This document shows, piece by piece, positions 10,152 to 19,892 of a DNA stretch of 64,000 nucleotides; position 1 is the first letter of the stretch, and each line of letters begins with the position of its first letter. The translations under genes were made by a program, and so were the position numbers. The stretch is from Candidatus Latescibacterota bacterium (GTDB lineage: Bacteria > Latescibacterota > UBA2968 > UBA8231). Where the stretch lies: positions 1,358,936 to 1,422,935 of the forward strand of contig CBDCNM010000002.1 of assembly GCA_965219385.1 (NCBI GenBank). The letters are read 5' to 3'. The notes beneath the pieces are model-generated. The model was given only the letters and a program-made list of their open reading frames with translations. It was not told the origin of the DNA and did not search any database.

Positions 10152-12752
10152 TTATTGAGAAGGATGTTCAAACTCGGCTAAACCGCTAATAAACCGCATG
10201 ACGCGCAACGCGTCTCCTGCCGAAACTCCTGCTATGCCGTTTACATCAGCGGCAACCTCCGAGATTTCGACATCCTCGCCAGAGACAAACCGCAGTATTC
10301 GAATAGCATCTTTCAGGGAAACGAAGCCATCTCCATTGGCATCCCCGAGTTGTAAGCCTCCAAAGGTGAAGGTTTGAGGCTCGGAGGACTGCCCATCCGG
10401 GTTGGTCACCACCACCTCCACCATACCCTCCATGCCTGGGGGGGAAACCGCGGTCAGGGTCGTGGCATCCCAAAAGATCACGGTCGGCGAGGCGGTCTCG
10501 CCGAATTTGACGGTGGCCCCCTCCTCGAAACCCGCACCGGTAATCGTCACCGGTAGGCCGCCAGCTTCAACCCCTGAGGCCGGGTCAATACGGATCACTG
10601 TAGGCGGAGAGACGTAGGTGAAGGTTTGAGGCTTGGAGGGCTGCCCATCCGGGTTGGTCACCACCAGGTCCACCGCACCCATGCCTGGGGGGGAGACCGT
10701 GGTCAGGGTGGTGGCATCCACAAAGGTCACGTCCGACGCGGTCTCGCCGAAGGTGACGGTAGCCCCCTCCTCGAAATTCTCACCGGTAATCGTCACCGGT
10801 AGGCCGCCAGCTTCAACCCCTTCGGCCGGCTCTATACCGGTCACTGTAGGCGAAGCGAGGTAGGTGAAGGTTTGAGACCCGGAGGTCTGACCATCCGGGG
10901 CCGGGTGGACCACCACCACCTCCACCGCACCCGTGCCTGGGGGGAAGATCGCGGTCAGGGTCGTGGCATCCACAAAGGTCACGCCCGGCGAGGCAGTCTC
11001 GCCGAAGGTGACGGTGGCCCCCTCCAGGAAATCCTCACCGGTAAGCGTCACCAGTTGGCCGCCAGCTTCAAATCCTGAGACCGGCTCTATACCGGTTAAT
11101 ATAGGCGGCGGCGGAACTACGTAGGTGAAGGATTGAGGCTCGGAGATCTGCCCACCCGGGTTGGTCACCACCACGTCCACATGGCGGTGGTCAAGCACTG
11201 CATCCGCTGGGGGGGAGACCGCGGTCAGGGTCGTGGCATCCACAAAGGTCACGTCGTCCGACGCGGTCTTGCCGAAGGTGACGGTGGCCTCCTCCTGGAA
11301 ATCCGCACCGGTAAGCGTCACCGATTGGCCGCCGGTTGTAAATCCTGAGACCGGGTCTATACTGGTCAATACAGGCAACAGCGGAGCGACATAGACGTAG
11401 TTGAAGGTTTGAGGCTCGGAGGACTGCCCATCCGGGTTGGTCACCACCACGTCCACCATACCCGTGCCTGGGGGGGAGACCGCGGTCAGGGTCGTGGCAT
11501 CCACAAAGGTCACGTCCGACGCGTCAATCTCACGGAAGGTGACGGTGGCCCCCTCCTGGAAATTCTCACCGGTAATCGTCACCGGTAGGCCGCCAGCTTC
11601 AAACCCTTCGGCCGGCTCGATACTGGTCACTGCCGGCGGAGGGTCTTCAAACTTGAGCTGGGTGATCTCAATGGTCAGCTTTGGAGCGTCGACTACACCG
11701 GGAATGGTTAGCGATATTTTAATTTCAGCCTCAGTGACATCTTCAAGCTCGTCCGCCGTTTTCAAAGCGAAAGTGCCGAACTCGAAACCATCACCCGAGA
11801 ACTCATCCTCAAAATTATTTGCTCCAGCCTTCACCGTTCCATTGGAGGTTAGAACACGTGGAAGAGTCCTCCAGGCCGGATCGGATGTTTTAAAGGTAGT
11901 TGCTTCGAGATTGAAAGCCGTGGCCGGCGAAACCTCCAGTGTGATCACGTAGCGCTTCAACCCCTGGAGACCGTCCCCTGTTATAACCACTGATACGACT
12001 TCATTAGGAGTAATCGAAAACGTAGCCGCGTCGGCCTCGTCGTCGGGCATTTCCCCATCGTCGTCGTCAGGCATTTCCCCATCGTCGTCGTCAGGCATTT
12101 CCCCATCGTCGTCGTCAGGCATCTCCCCGTCGTCGTCGTCGGGCATTTCCCCATCGTCGTCGTCGGGCATTTCCCCATCGTCGTCGTCGGGCATCTCCCC
12201 GTCGTCGTCGTCGGGCATCTCCCCGTCGTCATCGTCGGGCATTTCCCCGTCATCCTCGTCGGGCATCCCGTCATCCTCCTCAGTCGCGTCCTCCTCGGTC
12301 GCGTCGTCGGCCTCAGTCGCGTCATCGTCCTCAGTCGCGTCATCGTCCTCAGTCGCGTCGTCGGCCTCAGTCGCGTCGTCGGCCTCAGTCGCGTCGTCGG
12401 CCTCAGTCGCGTCGTCGTCGGGCGGAGTCTCGGATTCGTAGTTGAAGGTTTGAGGCTCGGATTCCTCCCCATCCGGGTTGGTCACCACCACATCCACCGC
12501 ACCCATGCCTGAGGGGGAGACCGCGGTCAAGGTCATGGCATCCCCAAAGGTCACGGTCGGCGAGGCGGTCTCGCCGAAGGCGACAGTAGCCCCGTCCTCG
12601 AAATCCGTGCCGGTAATCGTCACCGTTAGACCGCCGGCTGCAGGCCCTTCGGCCGGGTCTATATCGGTCACCTCCACCGCGAAAACAGCGCCACCCATTG
12701 CCAGCAAGACGGCAAGAGCAAGTGGCAAAGCTTTACTTACACTGTTCCGCAT
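10152..12752 (-). CDS. Secreted protein: 6x IPT/TIG, acidic repeat linker, cohesin-like domain, C-terminal dockerin
   Basis: Signal peptide nearly identical to that of 7250..7969; six IPT repeats; DDATEA and DDDDGEMP repeats; dockerin GDANGDGFVSLKDAIRILRF. Confidence 0.85.
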   Translation of the reverse strand: MRNSVSKALPLALAVLLAMGGAVFAVEVTDIDPAEGPAAGGLTVTITGTDFEDGATVAFGETASPTVTFGDAMTLTAVSPSGMGAVDVVVTNPDGEESEPQTFNYESETPPDDDATEADDATEADDATEADDATEDDDATEDDDATEADDATEEDATEEDDGMPDEDDGEMPDDDDGEMPDDDDGEMPDDDDGEMPDDDDGEMPDDDDGEMPDDDDGEMPDDDDGEMPDDDDGEMPDDEADAATFSITPNEVVSVVITGDGLQGLKRYVITLEVSPATAFNLEATTFKTSDPAWRTLPRVLTSNGTVKAGANNFEDEFSGDGFEFGTFALKTADELEDVTEAEIKISLTIPGVVDAPKLTIEITQLKFEDPPPAVTSIEPAEGFEAGGLPVTITGENFQEGATVTFREIDASDVTFVDATTLTAVSPPGTGMVDVVVTNPDGQSSEPQTFNYVYVAPLLPVLTSIDPVSGFTTGGQSVTLTGADFQEEATVTFGKTASDDVTFVDATTLTAVSPPADAVLDHRHVDVVVTNPGGQISEPQSFTYVVPPPPILTGIEPVSGFEAGGQLVTLTGEDFLEGATVTFGETASPGVTFVDATTLTAIFPPGTGAVEVVVVHPAPDGQTSGSQTFTYLASPTVTGIEPAEGVEAGGLPVTITGENFEEGATVTFGETASDVTFVDATTLTTVSPPGMGAVDLVVTNPDGQPSKPQTFTYVSPPTVIRIDPASGVEAGGLPVTITGAGFEEGATVKFGETASPTVIFWDATTLTAVSPPGMEGMVEVVVTNPDGQSSEPQTFTFGGLQLGDANGDGFVSLKDAIRILRFVSGEDVEISEVAADVNGIAGVSAGDALRVMRFISGLAEFEHPSQ
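12036..12420 (-). repeat. Coding tandem repeats: about ten 24-bp units (DDDDGEMP) and about eight mostly 18-bp units (DDATEA)
   Basis: ggcat recurs every 24 bp from 12046 to 12262; cctcagtcgcgtcgtcgg-like units span about 12278-12420. Confidence 0.95.
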
Positions 12753-12835
12753 TATCTGTCTCCTATTTCTTTCGTCATTAGTTGGTTTCACAATACACCC
12801 GCTCGACAGCTATATGGTATATTTGCATTTATAGT

Positions 12836-12874
12836 GAGATGGGATCCCACAACATGTGCGAGGGATCCCATCTC
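12836..12874. other. Strong intergenic stem-loop without an adjacent U-tract
   Basis: Perfect 13-bp inverted repeat gagatgggatccc...gggatcccatctc just after the stop of the 1654-aa gene. Confidence 0.75.
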
Positions 12875-12894
12875 TACTACTTGCGGGCTCCCAC

Positions 12895-15800
12895 CTATTT
12901 CAGCAACAGCATCTTGTCGACTTGGTGGAACTCTCCTGCCTGCAGACGGTAGAAGTAGATTCCGGAAGACAAGGGCTGTCCACTGTCATTAGTGGAATCC
13001 CACTGGACTGTATAGCGGCCGGCTTTCTGGGGCTCCGCAACCAAGGTGCTCACCAACTGGCCGACTACGTTGAAGATCTCCAATCTCACATCAGTTGCCT
13101 CGGGCAGCTGATACTTGATGATGGTCTCCGGGTTGAACGGGTTCGGATAGTTGTCCCTCAGCGCGTAGACTTCCGGGCGCGTCTCGATTTCAACCGCTCC
13201 GAGTGAAGCGACCTGATTCAACCCGAAGTTTCCATCGCTCAACTCTCCGTGGATCAGTTCGATCAGGCTCTGCTCGGTTTCCGCTATGGGGCGGAAGACC
13301 AGGTCTATAACGAACTCTTCTCCAGAGAAAGTCTCGCCGTAACCAGCGATGGAGACTTCACCGTCCTGCTGGGCCAGGACCTGCGGCTGTGCCAGGTCGG
13401 TTCCAAGCAGGTTGCCCTCGGTCATGGCCTTGACGAACTCGAAGATATCGGGGTTGTAGTTGACCGTAAAGCCATAACCCTTGATTTCCTCGAAGTCAGC
13501 CAGGTTGACGTTGAGCACCATCTCTTCCCCGATCTGCGGCAAGGTTTCACCTGCATACAGGTCGAGACGAGAGTCGGTGTTCAGGCCAGCTGGCAACGGT
13601 ATCCCCTTGGAGACACCAGCGGCAATCCGGCCGAAGTTATCGCCAAAGACGAAGAAGTCATTGAGGTCGAACTCGTTGTCCGCATTCAGGTCAAAGGCCG
13701 GATCGTAGCCTTCTTTACCTGCCCACAGCTCAAAGTGGTCCGCGAAGAGGAAGAAGTCATCATATCCAACCTGCTCATCCGCACCAAACAGACCCTGGAT
13801 GAGTACGCCATCGCTGTCGAATACCTCATTGCGGATGGCCATGGCCGTCCGAGAAAGATCGGCAATGCTGTCATTGTCTTCATCGAACGCGCCCACCGTG
13901 TAGGTGTAGAACTGACCGTGGGCGGCAGTGACATCCAGGAAGGAAGTCTCACCCGGACCGGCCGTGCCGACCAGAGTCGCCTCACCGTCTCCGATGCTGC
14001 GGTAGATGTTGTACCCCCGCACACCGGGAACCACGTTGGCCGCCGTATTCGGGCCAACAGCAGTGGGAAGGGTGCGGGTCATCATGAAATCGGATACGGA
14101 CTTGGTCCAGCTTATTGTGATGCTACCACCCGCATCGTCCGGGGTGTCCACCACCTGCAGGGACGAAACCGCTTCCGGTGCGATATTGTCTATCGCACGC
14201 ACGGGCTCGTCAAGATAGACCGGAGCCGACGATTGCACGACTGCTCCAACGTTCCTCATGCGCGGGACAATCCCGCCACCGGTGATGAAGGTCCGGGCTT
14301 CGGGTGTCAGGGTGGCGATGAGCGGAGTATTCGGCTCCAGTTGAGCGAGCCTCCTGCTCTCCACCATGGTCTGGCCCATCAACTCGTACGGACCCACCAT
14401 TTCTTCGGCGCTGGTAAAGGCCTGCTTGGACATCACGTCTTCACCGTTGCCATTACCGTTGCCATTACCGTTACCGTCCGCCATACCAGCGGGAGGTACC
14501 GTACCACTGGGGGGCAACTCAACCGTGGCCCAGGGGATATAAACCATTTGGGCGTTCTCGACGAGTTTTCCATCATCCCCCACACCGTACTTGACCATTA
14601 CCTCGCGCCAGTAGCGCAGACTCATGCTCGCACTGCTCTGTTCCAGGGTGACAGACCACATACTCGAAACCCCATCGAGGGCGGCGACTATGGTGCGCAT
14701 GGGCGAAAACAGCGGGTCGGGCAGGGCCGTGGTGATCATGATAAACCCACCCTCGTCGTCCGGGTAGTCGTAGGCCTTCATGTCCGTCGGCTGGGGCACT
14801 TCGCCAATGGGTGGTGGTGCATCAGGATCCACCACCACTAACTCGTCGAGGGAGCCGCTTACGCCGTCTGTTATCCAGGCGTTGATTACCAAGTTGGGTA
14901 CCGCTCTGACGCTCGAGACCGAAAGCTGAGCTACGCCATTGCTAAGCAGAGCATTGTTCGGCATCTGAATCAGAGGGTTCGACGCCAGATTGACGATCGG
15001 CTTATCTATCCAGCGGATGTTACCGAACTTATCAACCGCTGCCAAGTGCAACTCGAAGATTTCACCCGCCTCGAGATCACCAGCGTGCCAAATAGCGATA
15101 TTGTCGATGTCGGCGGGCAGATAGAATATCTCATCCTCCCCGGAGCCCTCAAGCTCAGCAGGATCGGCTCCCTCCCGGCTGTTCATAGAACTGACCGTGA
15201 GCGTGAAGACCGCGGTTCTCTCGCTCTTGAGCGTCACACGGATCGTGCCACCGGCAAGCTCGCTTCCAGCAATGGTAAATGTTCCATCGCCGTTGTCAGT
15301 GATGCCATCCCCCGTAAGGGTAACGCCTTTATCCTCGGCCCCCTCGGACAACAAGGATTGTTCGGCTTCAAGCCCCAGTGCCGCAAGGAGATCCTCATTA
15401 TGGACCACGGTAACGATGATATCGTCTCTGTACCTGGAGATCGGTAGCGGTTTATCATCCCCCTCTGCCGCCGATACAACAGTAATTCTCACGTCGGTCT
15501 CCTGGCCAGCCGAGAATACCAGCTTCTTGTCCTTGGGGGCATGGTCGTGATCGGTCTTGGTAGCCTTCGTCTTTTCGTCTACGACTATCTCAATAGAGGC
15601 AGCCGTAGCCGGATCGAAATCAGAGTCGAAGGTGAATTCTTTCACCTCTGGTGCTGCCTGTGATCCCAGGGTTTGGATGGTCCGGTTACCCGCATCATCG
15701 CGCGTCTGGACCTTGAGGTTGTATTTAGCACCCTCGTTAAGGAGCAGATCTCCGTCCCTGTTTCTCGGCGCTCTATACTCAGTCGGCTTAGTAACCTGCA

Positions 15801-17859
15801 GTTGCTCTGCTATTATATCAACTATATTGATGTCGTCATCAAGGTTGTCTTTGGCCGAGCCTGCCGGGTCGTAATAGAGCCTGATTGCGGTCAACGGGCG
15901 ATTAACCTCGATGGTAGGATCCGCGGTTTCCTCGTTGATACTGCCCTCGGATGGGGAGTACAGAGTGACCTCCGCCGCGCCTGGAACAAAATTGACCCCG
16001 GGAACGGTGACCGTAGTGGTATTCCCCACCGGGTTCGACGCCTCGAAGGTGACGGTATAGGAACCTGCCCCGATCTTAGCATCAGCAACAGCTCTAGCTT
16101 TGTCGGCTTCTACACCGTCTTTATGAAGCCTAAGGGTATCAAGTGAGGCGTCTCCGGTTTTCGCCCTCCCTACGTATAAACTATCGCCATCATCATTCTC
16201 CATTTTTAAGGGCGCTGCCGTTACAGCGGCTTTCGCGTCCCCCATCTCTGGGTCAGCGGCCAGGGAGGTGATATCAAGGCCCCACCATGCACCGCTCCCG
16301 AGCAAGAGATCAGACAGGGTGTTTCCGGCATTTGTAACCGTAATTTCGGCAGTATCATTAGCTGCTGCTTCTGAGGCCAGGGTGACCTTGAGCTCACCGA
16401 GGAGGCGATCCGAATTCCACTGGAGGTAGTATGCATCGTCGCTCGAAGTGCCGTCGTTCCTGGTGCCGTCATTGGCCATGGAAACCGCCTCCGCCAGGTG
16501 CATATCGTCGCCTGCATCCAGCAGCGACGTTTGTAAGGCTGGTCTTGGCGATGTTTTTAAGACTGGTCTTACGGTGGATATGGAGCCCTGGACCAGGGGT
16601 AAATTATCGGCGGCAGCGTCATCCTCCGTAACAGCGGGATCTGCATCTGGATCTGCAGCAATTATTAGACCTAGATCTAGTACTTCCTGCAAGTTGTCGG
16701 TCTCGTTCTCCTCCTGTGTCCCTGGATTGCCTGTCTCCAGATTCCGTAGCTGCGCCCTGAGCTTAATCGGATCGTCAGCGGATCCGCTCAAGGCCGTTTT
16801 ACCAAAATCCCCTTCTGCAATTGCTCCTTTGAAGCGAATATTATTATCATCGGTGAGCTTGCTCACATCCACTTCAAACACTTGTTCAAACGCCGCGTTG
16901 CTGTCGGAAAAGGCTACGATCTCCACCCCCAGGGTTTTTTGGACAAAGATATCAGTCTGAGCACTAGCGCCTACTCCAATCTCGACCTCCAGCGTATCGC
17001 CTATGCCCGCCGAAGCCCTTTTGCCCATAATATCAGGGGTGTCGCCGTCGCGATCTGGGAAACCGCCAATTGCCTCCCCTGTGTTCGTTTTTAGGTGGGT
17101 TATTCGAGCTGCGTCAGAAGCAATAGTCAGAACTGTATTATCCTCATAAACGCTACGAACCTTTATGCTCGGATCCTTCGGAGAAAGGACAAAAAGGCTG
17201 TATTGGATGTCGTCATCAAGAGCGTTATCGCCCACGTCGACAACGGCAAAGGCGCGAACCGAGTCGACATTGCCTTGGACGAGGTCCTCCGTCGGCGCCA
17301 GTTTAAGGGTACAGACGAAGGTAACGGAAACGGAGGTGCGCTTCGTCCTCTTTTTGTCTGGGGTGAGGTCGCCCGTACCCGTGGCGTTCTCGCCTCCCCC
17401 TGTCCCCAGCACAATGGTGCCGCCTACAACCCCTGAAGCGGGCATCACATCAATGTCGTTGGCGGTGCCATCAGGTGCGTCGGATGCAGCGTCAAGGAAG
17501 CCCTCATTCCCTCCTGTTGCGCCACCCTGAACCAGATTGAGATCGGAGTCGCCTGGTACAGTGCCGCCGGCTGGTACAGTGACTCTGTCTGGTTCTGGAC
17601 CCGTAAATTTTTTGGCAAGACCGATGTAGACCTCCATCGTCGGCGGTGCATTGAAGGCACCAACCTCGACCTCAATCACAAGTTGTCTTTTGGCCTGACC
17701 TGGGCGCTCGTCAAGGGAGAGGATGTCGCTACCTGACACCACATTATTCCCTATCTTTTTCATAGTCACGCTTTTCACCACTGGCTGAGCGTCTACCTGG
17801 CTCCACATCCCCACGCCCAGCACCAAGCTCAGAACCAGTAAACCTTTCAAGCATTTCAT
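12895..17859 (-). CDS. Large acidic secreted/surface protein with FN3-like, EF-hand/dockerin-like, cohesin-like and FlgD Ig-like domains
   Basis: Signal peptide; GYNIYRS...F.D...Y.Y.V.A (FN3-like); DEQVGYDDFFLFADHF...DLNADNEFDLNDFFVFGDNFG; IKGYGFTVNYNP (cohesin-like); DNYPNPFNPET...SGIYFYRL. Confidence 0.85.
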   Translation of the reverse strand: MKCLKGLLVLSLVLGVGMWSQVDAQPVVKSVTMKKIGNNVVSGSDILSLDERPGQAKRQLVIEVEVGAFNAPPTMEVYIGLAKKFTGPEPDRVTVPAGGTVPGDSDLNLVQGGATGGNEGFLDAASDAPDGTANDIDVMPASGVVGGTIVLGTGGGENATGTGDLTPDKKRTKRTSVSVTFVCTLKLAPTEDLVQGNVDSVRAFAVVDVGDNALDDDIQYSLFVLSPKDPSIKVRSVYEDNTVLTIASDAARITHLKTNTGEAIGGFPDRDGDTPDIMGKRASAGIGDTLEVEIGVGASAQTDIFVQKTLGVEIVAFSDSNAAFEQVFEVDVSKLTDDNNIRFKGAIAEGDFGKTALSGSADDPIKLRAQLRNLETGNPGTQEENETDNLQEVLDLGLIIAADPDADPAVTEDDAAADNLPLVQGSISTVRPVLKTSPRPALQTSLLDAGDDMHLAEAVSMANDGTRNDGTSSDDAYYLQWNSDRLLGELKVTLASEAAANDTAEITVTNAGNTLSDLLLGSGAWWGLDITSLAADPEMGDAKAAVTAAPLKMENDDGDSLYVGRAKTGDASLDTLRLHKDGVEADKARAVADAKIGAGSYTVTFEASNPVGNTTTVTVPGVNFVPGAAEVTLYSPSEGSINEETADPTIEVNRPLTAIRLYYDPAGSAKDNLDDDINIVDIIAEQLQVTKPTEYRAPRNRDGDLLLNEGAKYNLKVQTRDDAGNRTIQTLGSQAAPEVKEFTFDSDFDPATAASIEIVVDEKTKATKTDHDHAPKDKKLVFSAGQETDVRITVVSAAEGDDKPLPISRYRDDIIVTVVHNEDLLAALGLEAEQSLLSEGAEDKGVTLTGDGITDNGDGTFTIAGSELAGGTIRVTLKSERTAVFTLTVSSMNSREGADPAELEGSGEDEIFYLPADIDNIAIWHAGDLEAGEIFELHLAAVDKFGNIRWIDKPIVNLASNPLIQMPNNALLSNGVAQLSVSSVRAVPNLVINAWITDGVSGSLDELVVVDPDAPPPIGEVPQPTDMKAYDYPDDEGGFIMITTALPDPLFSPMRTIVAALDGVSSMWSVTLEQSSASMSLRYWREVMVKYGVGDDGKLVENAQMVYIPWATVELPPSGTVPPAGMADGNGNGNGNGNGEDVMSKQAFTSAEEMVGPYELMGQTMVESRRLAQLEPNTPLIATLTPEARTFITGGGIVPRMRNVGAVVQSSAPVYLDEPVRAIDNIAPEAVSSLQVVDTPDDAGGSITISWTKSVSDFMMTRTLPTAVGPNTAANVVPGVRGYNIYRSIGDGEATLVGTAGPGETSFLDVTAAHGQFYTYTVGAFDEDNDSIADLSRTAMAIRNEVFDSDGVLIQGLFGADEQVGYDDFFLFADHFELWAGKEGYDPAFDLNADNEFDLNDFFVFGDNFGRIAAGVSKGIPLPAGLNTDSRLDLYAGETLPQIGEEMVLNVNLADFEEIKGYGFTVNYNPDIFEFVKAMTEGNLLGTDLAQPQVLAQQDGEVSIAGYGETFSGEEFVIDLVFRPIAETEQSLIELIHGELSDGNFGLNQVASLGAVEIETRPEVYALRDNYPNPFNPETIIKYQLPEATDVRLEIFNVVGQLVSTLVAEPQKAGRYTVQWDSTNDSGQPLSSGIYFYRLQAGEFHQVDKMLLLK

Positions 17860-18114
17860 TATTTATTTCCTCCTCGGGGAATCCTCTCCCCGACTTAAGA
17901 AACCCACGATATAAGACTTAACTCAAATTTAAATCTCAGGCTTTTTGCAAGCCCGAACGAACTGAAGATAACGGTTCTCAGGTGGTGCATCCCTCCTTTC
18001 CGAACATAAAAACACCCCTGTAACTATTGAAACTATTGAATGTATAAGAATTTTACGGTTGAAATACAGAGCAAGATAACCTTGTCCTCACAAGACGCAG
18101 TCAACGAATAATAA

Positions 18115-18143
18115 ATAATATCAAAACAGCAAGATGGTGTCAA
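18115..18143 (-). promoter_or_regulatory. Sigma70-type promoter for the surface-protein cluster
   Basis: Minus strand reads TTGACA-17 nt-TATTAT in an AT-rich intergenic region, about 250 nt upstream of the ATG at 17859. Confidence 0.75.
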
Positions 18144-18459
18144 GGACTTTTTTGTCCCTTTCCGGGGCTTGTAACCCCCGGAAGAAAGGAAAAATAAAGG
18201 ATGGTTCCTTTAACCCGTCCCCGGATCAACCCGCGCCGCACCAGGGGAGCCGCAAAGTCTCCAATTCTCCATAAGAAATTGTTTTTATTACGCTAAATCC
18301 GGATCTGGAGGCTGTCCGAGAACGAATGGAGGTCTTTTCTGCTTGAAGAAAGATAGAGCTATCGTCGCCCAATTCTGACCTGCAAGTTAATATAGGCACT
18401 TCATCAGCAATACACAACAAATGATTCAATATTATTCACTAAAAGTCTCCGGCACAGCC

Positions 18460-19362
18460 CTATTCAATATAATAAAGGTCTCTGGCACAGCGGAAGCCTA
18501 CATAGGAGGACTTGCTGTGGGGCGTCCCATAGAGCCGGGCGCCAACCCGGATAAAGCGTTTATTCCCAATGTACGAGCCGCCCCTGATGGCCCTTATATA
18601 CCCTTCCTCCGGCCCCTGGGGGTCCTCCCAGTCCGCGCGGCTGCTGTAGTAGGAGAAATCTATCCAGTCCTGGCACCATTCATTGACGTTGCCGGCCATA
18701 TCCGCAATGCCAAAGGGGCTGTCGCCCGCCGGAAAGGAGCCCACCGGCGCGGTTTGGGGATAGCCGTCCGCCCCCGGGCCCGCTTCGGGCTTGTAATTGG
18801 CGCGCCAGCTGCCACCGGCCTCCGGCTCCTGGTCGCCCCAGGGATATTTGCGGTAGCCCTCGCCGCCGCGAGCCGCGTATTCCCACTCGGCCTCGGTAGG
18901 CAGGCGCTTGCCGGCCCATTTACAATAGGCATAGGCGTCGTACCAGTTGCCCCCCACGGCCGGATGCCCGGCGTCCCTTAATTCCTGCTCCACAAAGCGC
19001 GGCGTGTGGTCCAGATCAGCGGGCTGGTCCGGGTGGTCCATGGTGGTATCCTCGGTGCTTTCCAGGTACTCGAGAAAGCGGCTGTAGAGCGCGTTGGTAA
19101 CTTCGTACTTATCCAGGTAGAAAGCGCTGATCCGGACCTGGTGGAGGGGGCGTTCCGCCTGGATATTGAAGGTGCTGGGATCGATGTGCGGGGGGATTTC
19201 CTCTTCCTTCCCGCCCATGGTGAACTCCCCGGCGGGGATGAGCAGCATTTTAGCCCCGTCCTTGCCCGTGATTTCGGAAGCGGGGCCGCAGTGCAACCCC
19301 AAAAAGCTCAAGAGACTCAAGAGAAGAAAAAAGCACAACCTATGAACGGCCTGGTGAACCAT
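18460..19362 (-). CDS. Formylglycine-generating enzyme (FGE/SUMF1) family protein
   Basis: IPAGEFTMG, YEVTN, RLPTEAEWEYAARG, DMAGNVNEW, RGGS, GFRCA. Confidence 0.93.
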   Translation of the reverse strand: MVHQAVHRLCFFLLLSLLSFLGLHCGPASEITGKDGAKMLLIPAGEFTMGGKEEEIPPHIDPSTFNIQAERPLHQVRISAFYLDKYEVTNALYSRFLEYLESTEDTTMDHPDQPADLDHTPRFVEQELRDAGHPAVGGNWYDAYAYCKWAGKRLPTEAEWEYAARGGEGYRKYPWGDQEPEAGGSWRANYKPEAGPGADGYPQTAPVGSFPAGDSPFGIADMAGNVNEWCQDWIDFSYYSSRADWEDPQGPEEGYIRAIRGGSYIGNKRFIRVGARLYGTPHSKSSYVGFRCARDLYYIE

Positions 19363-19694
19363 TCTGCCGGACTCCTTTGCCTGAAGGATTCGAATTCGGG
19401 ATACCGGAAGATAAAGTTCCTAGCAAAGCCGGAATTTGTCAAGAAAGATGGTCCGCCCATTTCCCCGCCTATGACGACTATCTCGGGCCCGCAACTCAAG
19501 GCCGCAATCAGTAGTTAGGGGCTTGACCTCAGGTTTTGTATCAGGTTGAATTATTTTGCCGGAAATGGGCGAAAAAAAAGTTGCGAAATGAGGTTCGCCG
19601 CAATTTTGCTGCAAAAAACTAGTTAAATTCATACGGATCTGGCCGGTGGGGCCGCGCACGTCGGTGGGTCGGCGACGGGGCTTCAAAGGGGCAC

Positions 19695-19892
19695 TCATGG
19701 GTGTGCCTCTAGTCGGGACAGGCGTTCGCCATGCTCTCTGAACAGGGCATGAAAGGTCGTCTCCATCCGATCCAGGCGGGCCTCAATGCGGTCCATACGA
19801 CTGCTCAGACTCACCCAGACGAACCCCTGAATGGCCACCTGAACCGTAATGAGCGTAGCAATGATAATAAGGGTGTCTTTGTGGTTGCTCAT
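19695..19892 (-). CDS. Small TM-anchored coiled-coil protein
   Basis: Hydrophobic N-terminus then heptads RMDRIEARLDRME; RBS gaggaggg. Confidence 0.65.
   Translation of the reverse strand: MSNHKDTLIIIATLITVQVAIQGFVWVSLSSRMDRIEARLDRMETTFHALFREHGERLSRLEAHP

Noticed and set aside
12036..12420. Possible CRISPR array (also 21375..21506)
   Set aside because: Contiguous in-frame coding repeats with no unique spacers and no cas genes.
13249..14841. 530-aa plus-strand ORF; similarly 25047..26816, 34425..36080, 36953..38734 and 37011..39635
   Set aside because: Antisense or off-frame shadows of well-supported genes in GC-rich DNA.
18460..19362. Diversity-generating retroelement targeting the FGE gene
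   Set aside because: No reverse transcriptase and no long template repeat with adenine-specific mismatches in the window.
19420..19695. Possible tRNA/att site or ncRNA at the islet edge
   Set aside because: No tRNA T-loop/CCA pattern or matching second att copy recognised.
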